A DNA stretch of 36,284 nt from a virus (taxonomy: Duplodnaviria; Caudoviricetes), in IMG/VR virus record IMGVR_UViG_3300024249_000019, positions 1 through 36,284 of that record. The stretch is one strand, 5' to 3'. A program made the translations under genes and the position numbers. The notes under the pieces were generated by a model that did not search any database, was not told the origin of the DNA, and saw nothing but the letters and a program-made list of their open reading frames with translations. Positions 35,493-36,284 of this stretch are shown here, piece by piece; position 1 is the stretch's first letter; each line of letters starts with the position of its first letter.

Positions 35493-35993
35493 TCAGGTGC
35501 AGGATGAGGCGGCGCTATCAACGCCGCCCCTCCAGGTCAGTAGTCGCCATTTTCTCCCACGGCGGGCTGCGCTAATCGTAGTTTCAGCAACACCTAGCTC
35601 AGCAGCGAAAGAACGGCCTGTGCGCCACGTCTGTTCTCTGATCGCCAGCACATCAGCAGCTGTCAACTTCGAGTTAAAGCGGAGTGAGCCTTTACTTTCT
35701 CTCCCATGTCGCACCGTGTCCTGCCAGTTCTCGCGTGGCGTCGCCCATCGTAAATGCTTAGGTGCAACGCACGCTCGGTTTCCGCACCAATGCGCTACAT
35801 GTGGCTTATCCAGCGGTGGCATTCCATGAGCCAAAGTGCATACAACACGAGCTGCAGTGCCAGCAATGCCGGGGTATCTGACGCCGCCGTACCCCTCAGA
35901 GGTAAGGTTGTATGGCCAGAGCAAGCAATCGTTGCCGGCATAACCGACAGCCTCGGCGATAAATGCCGGAAGCGCTCCGCGGGGAGCTCGCAT
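35493..35993 (-). CDS. HNH endonuclease with C-terminal HTH
   Basis: CLLWP...GYG...AHWCGNRACVAPKHLRWATPREN...SKLTAADV; GAGGA SD places start at MRAPRG. Confidence 0.85.
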   Translation of the reverse strand: MRAPRGALPAFIAEAVGYAGNDCLLWPYNLTSEGYGGVRYPGIAGTAARVVCTLAHGMPPLDKPHVAHWCGNRACVAPKHLRWATPRENWQDTVRHGRESKGSLRFNSKLTAADVLAIREQTWRTGRSFAAELGVAETTISAARRGRKWRLLTWRGGVDSAASSCT

Positions 35994-36095
35994 CGGGTGG
36001 TCCTCATATACGCCCGTTGAGAGACGCTGCGCCGGGTGGGCAAGTCGGCGCGGCGTTAGGGGCGTCGTTGTGGTCACACACAGCGGCGCCCCGCT
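35988..36095 (+). ncRNA. SymR-like element 5 (variant with extra hairpin)
   Basis: CAT; CGGGTG/CGCCCG hairpin with TCCTC in loop; extra hairpin; GTTA; 14-bp GGGGCGTCGTTGTG/CACAGCGGCGCCCC hairpin; GCT. Confidence 0.5.
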
Positions 36096-36108
36096 TCGTA
36101 GGCGGGGT

Positions 36109-36284
36109 TCAGGGTCTGGTCGAAATAGGCCGTTCAAGGCGGTCTTCGTTTACTTCGTCCTCAAGCACATCGACCAGAGATGCACGCCACCTCTCTGCAT
36201 ACGGTCCGGCCGGCTCATTGTCGTAGATGAACTCCTCCAAGGCTGTCATCTCTTCCTTGGCATCCATCTTCGCAGAGCACTGCG
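36109..36284 (-). CDS. partial hypothetical protein (3' end)
   Basis: Open frame from window edge: ...MDAKEEMTALEEFIYDNEPAG...RP*. Confidence 0.4.
   Translation of the reverse strand, partial: QCSAKMDAKEEMTALEEFIYDNEPAGPYAERWRASLVDVLEDEVNEDRLERPISTRP

Overview
The window is a contiguous, GC-rich segment of a tailed dsDNA (pro)phage, probably podovirus-like with a P22-style gene order and probably infecting an Alphaproteobacterium (host is inference). Left to right on + it carries: Cro-like repressor (truncated), HNH nuclease, VRR-NUC nuclease, BRO-N protein, HTH replication initiator with internal iterons and a NusG/RfaH-like factor. A reverse-strand five-gene cassette follows, then the small terminase, about 4.4 kb of accessory genes including a deleted DNA-methyltransferase remnant, the large terminase, portal, scaffold, major capsid protein, head-completion, spike and tail-fibre genes, nozzle and ejection proteins. 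Highlights: (1) the capsid gene is split by a 304-nt ORF-less group I intron (18861-19164) with a free-standing EndoVII-type endonuclease immediately downstream; (2) all five reverse-strand HNH/EndoVII genes have, over their start codon and RBS, a conserved multi-hairpin element that folds best on the + strand and has the architecture of the SymR antitoxin RNA; (3) a putative virion spike begins with a HiPIP-type [4Fe-4S] motif; (4) the capsid 5' leader has three copies of a covarying internal-loop hairpin; (5) a structured RNA candidate lies at 9609-9754. No tRNA, rRNA, CRISPR array, integrase or clear endolysin was seen. All calls come from reading the sequence by eye; no searches were run.
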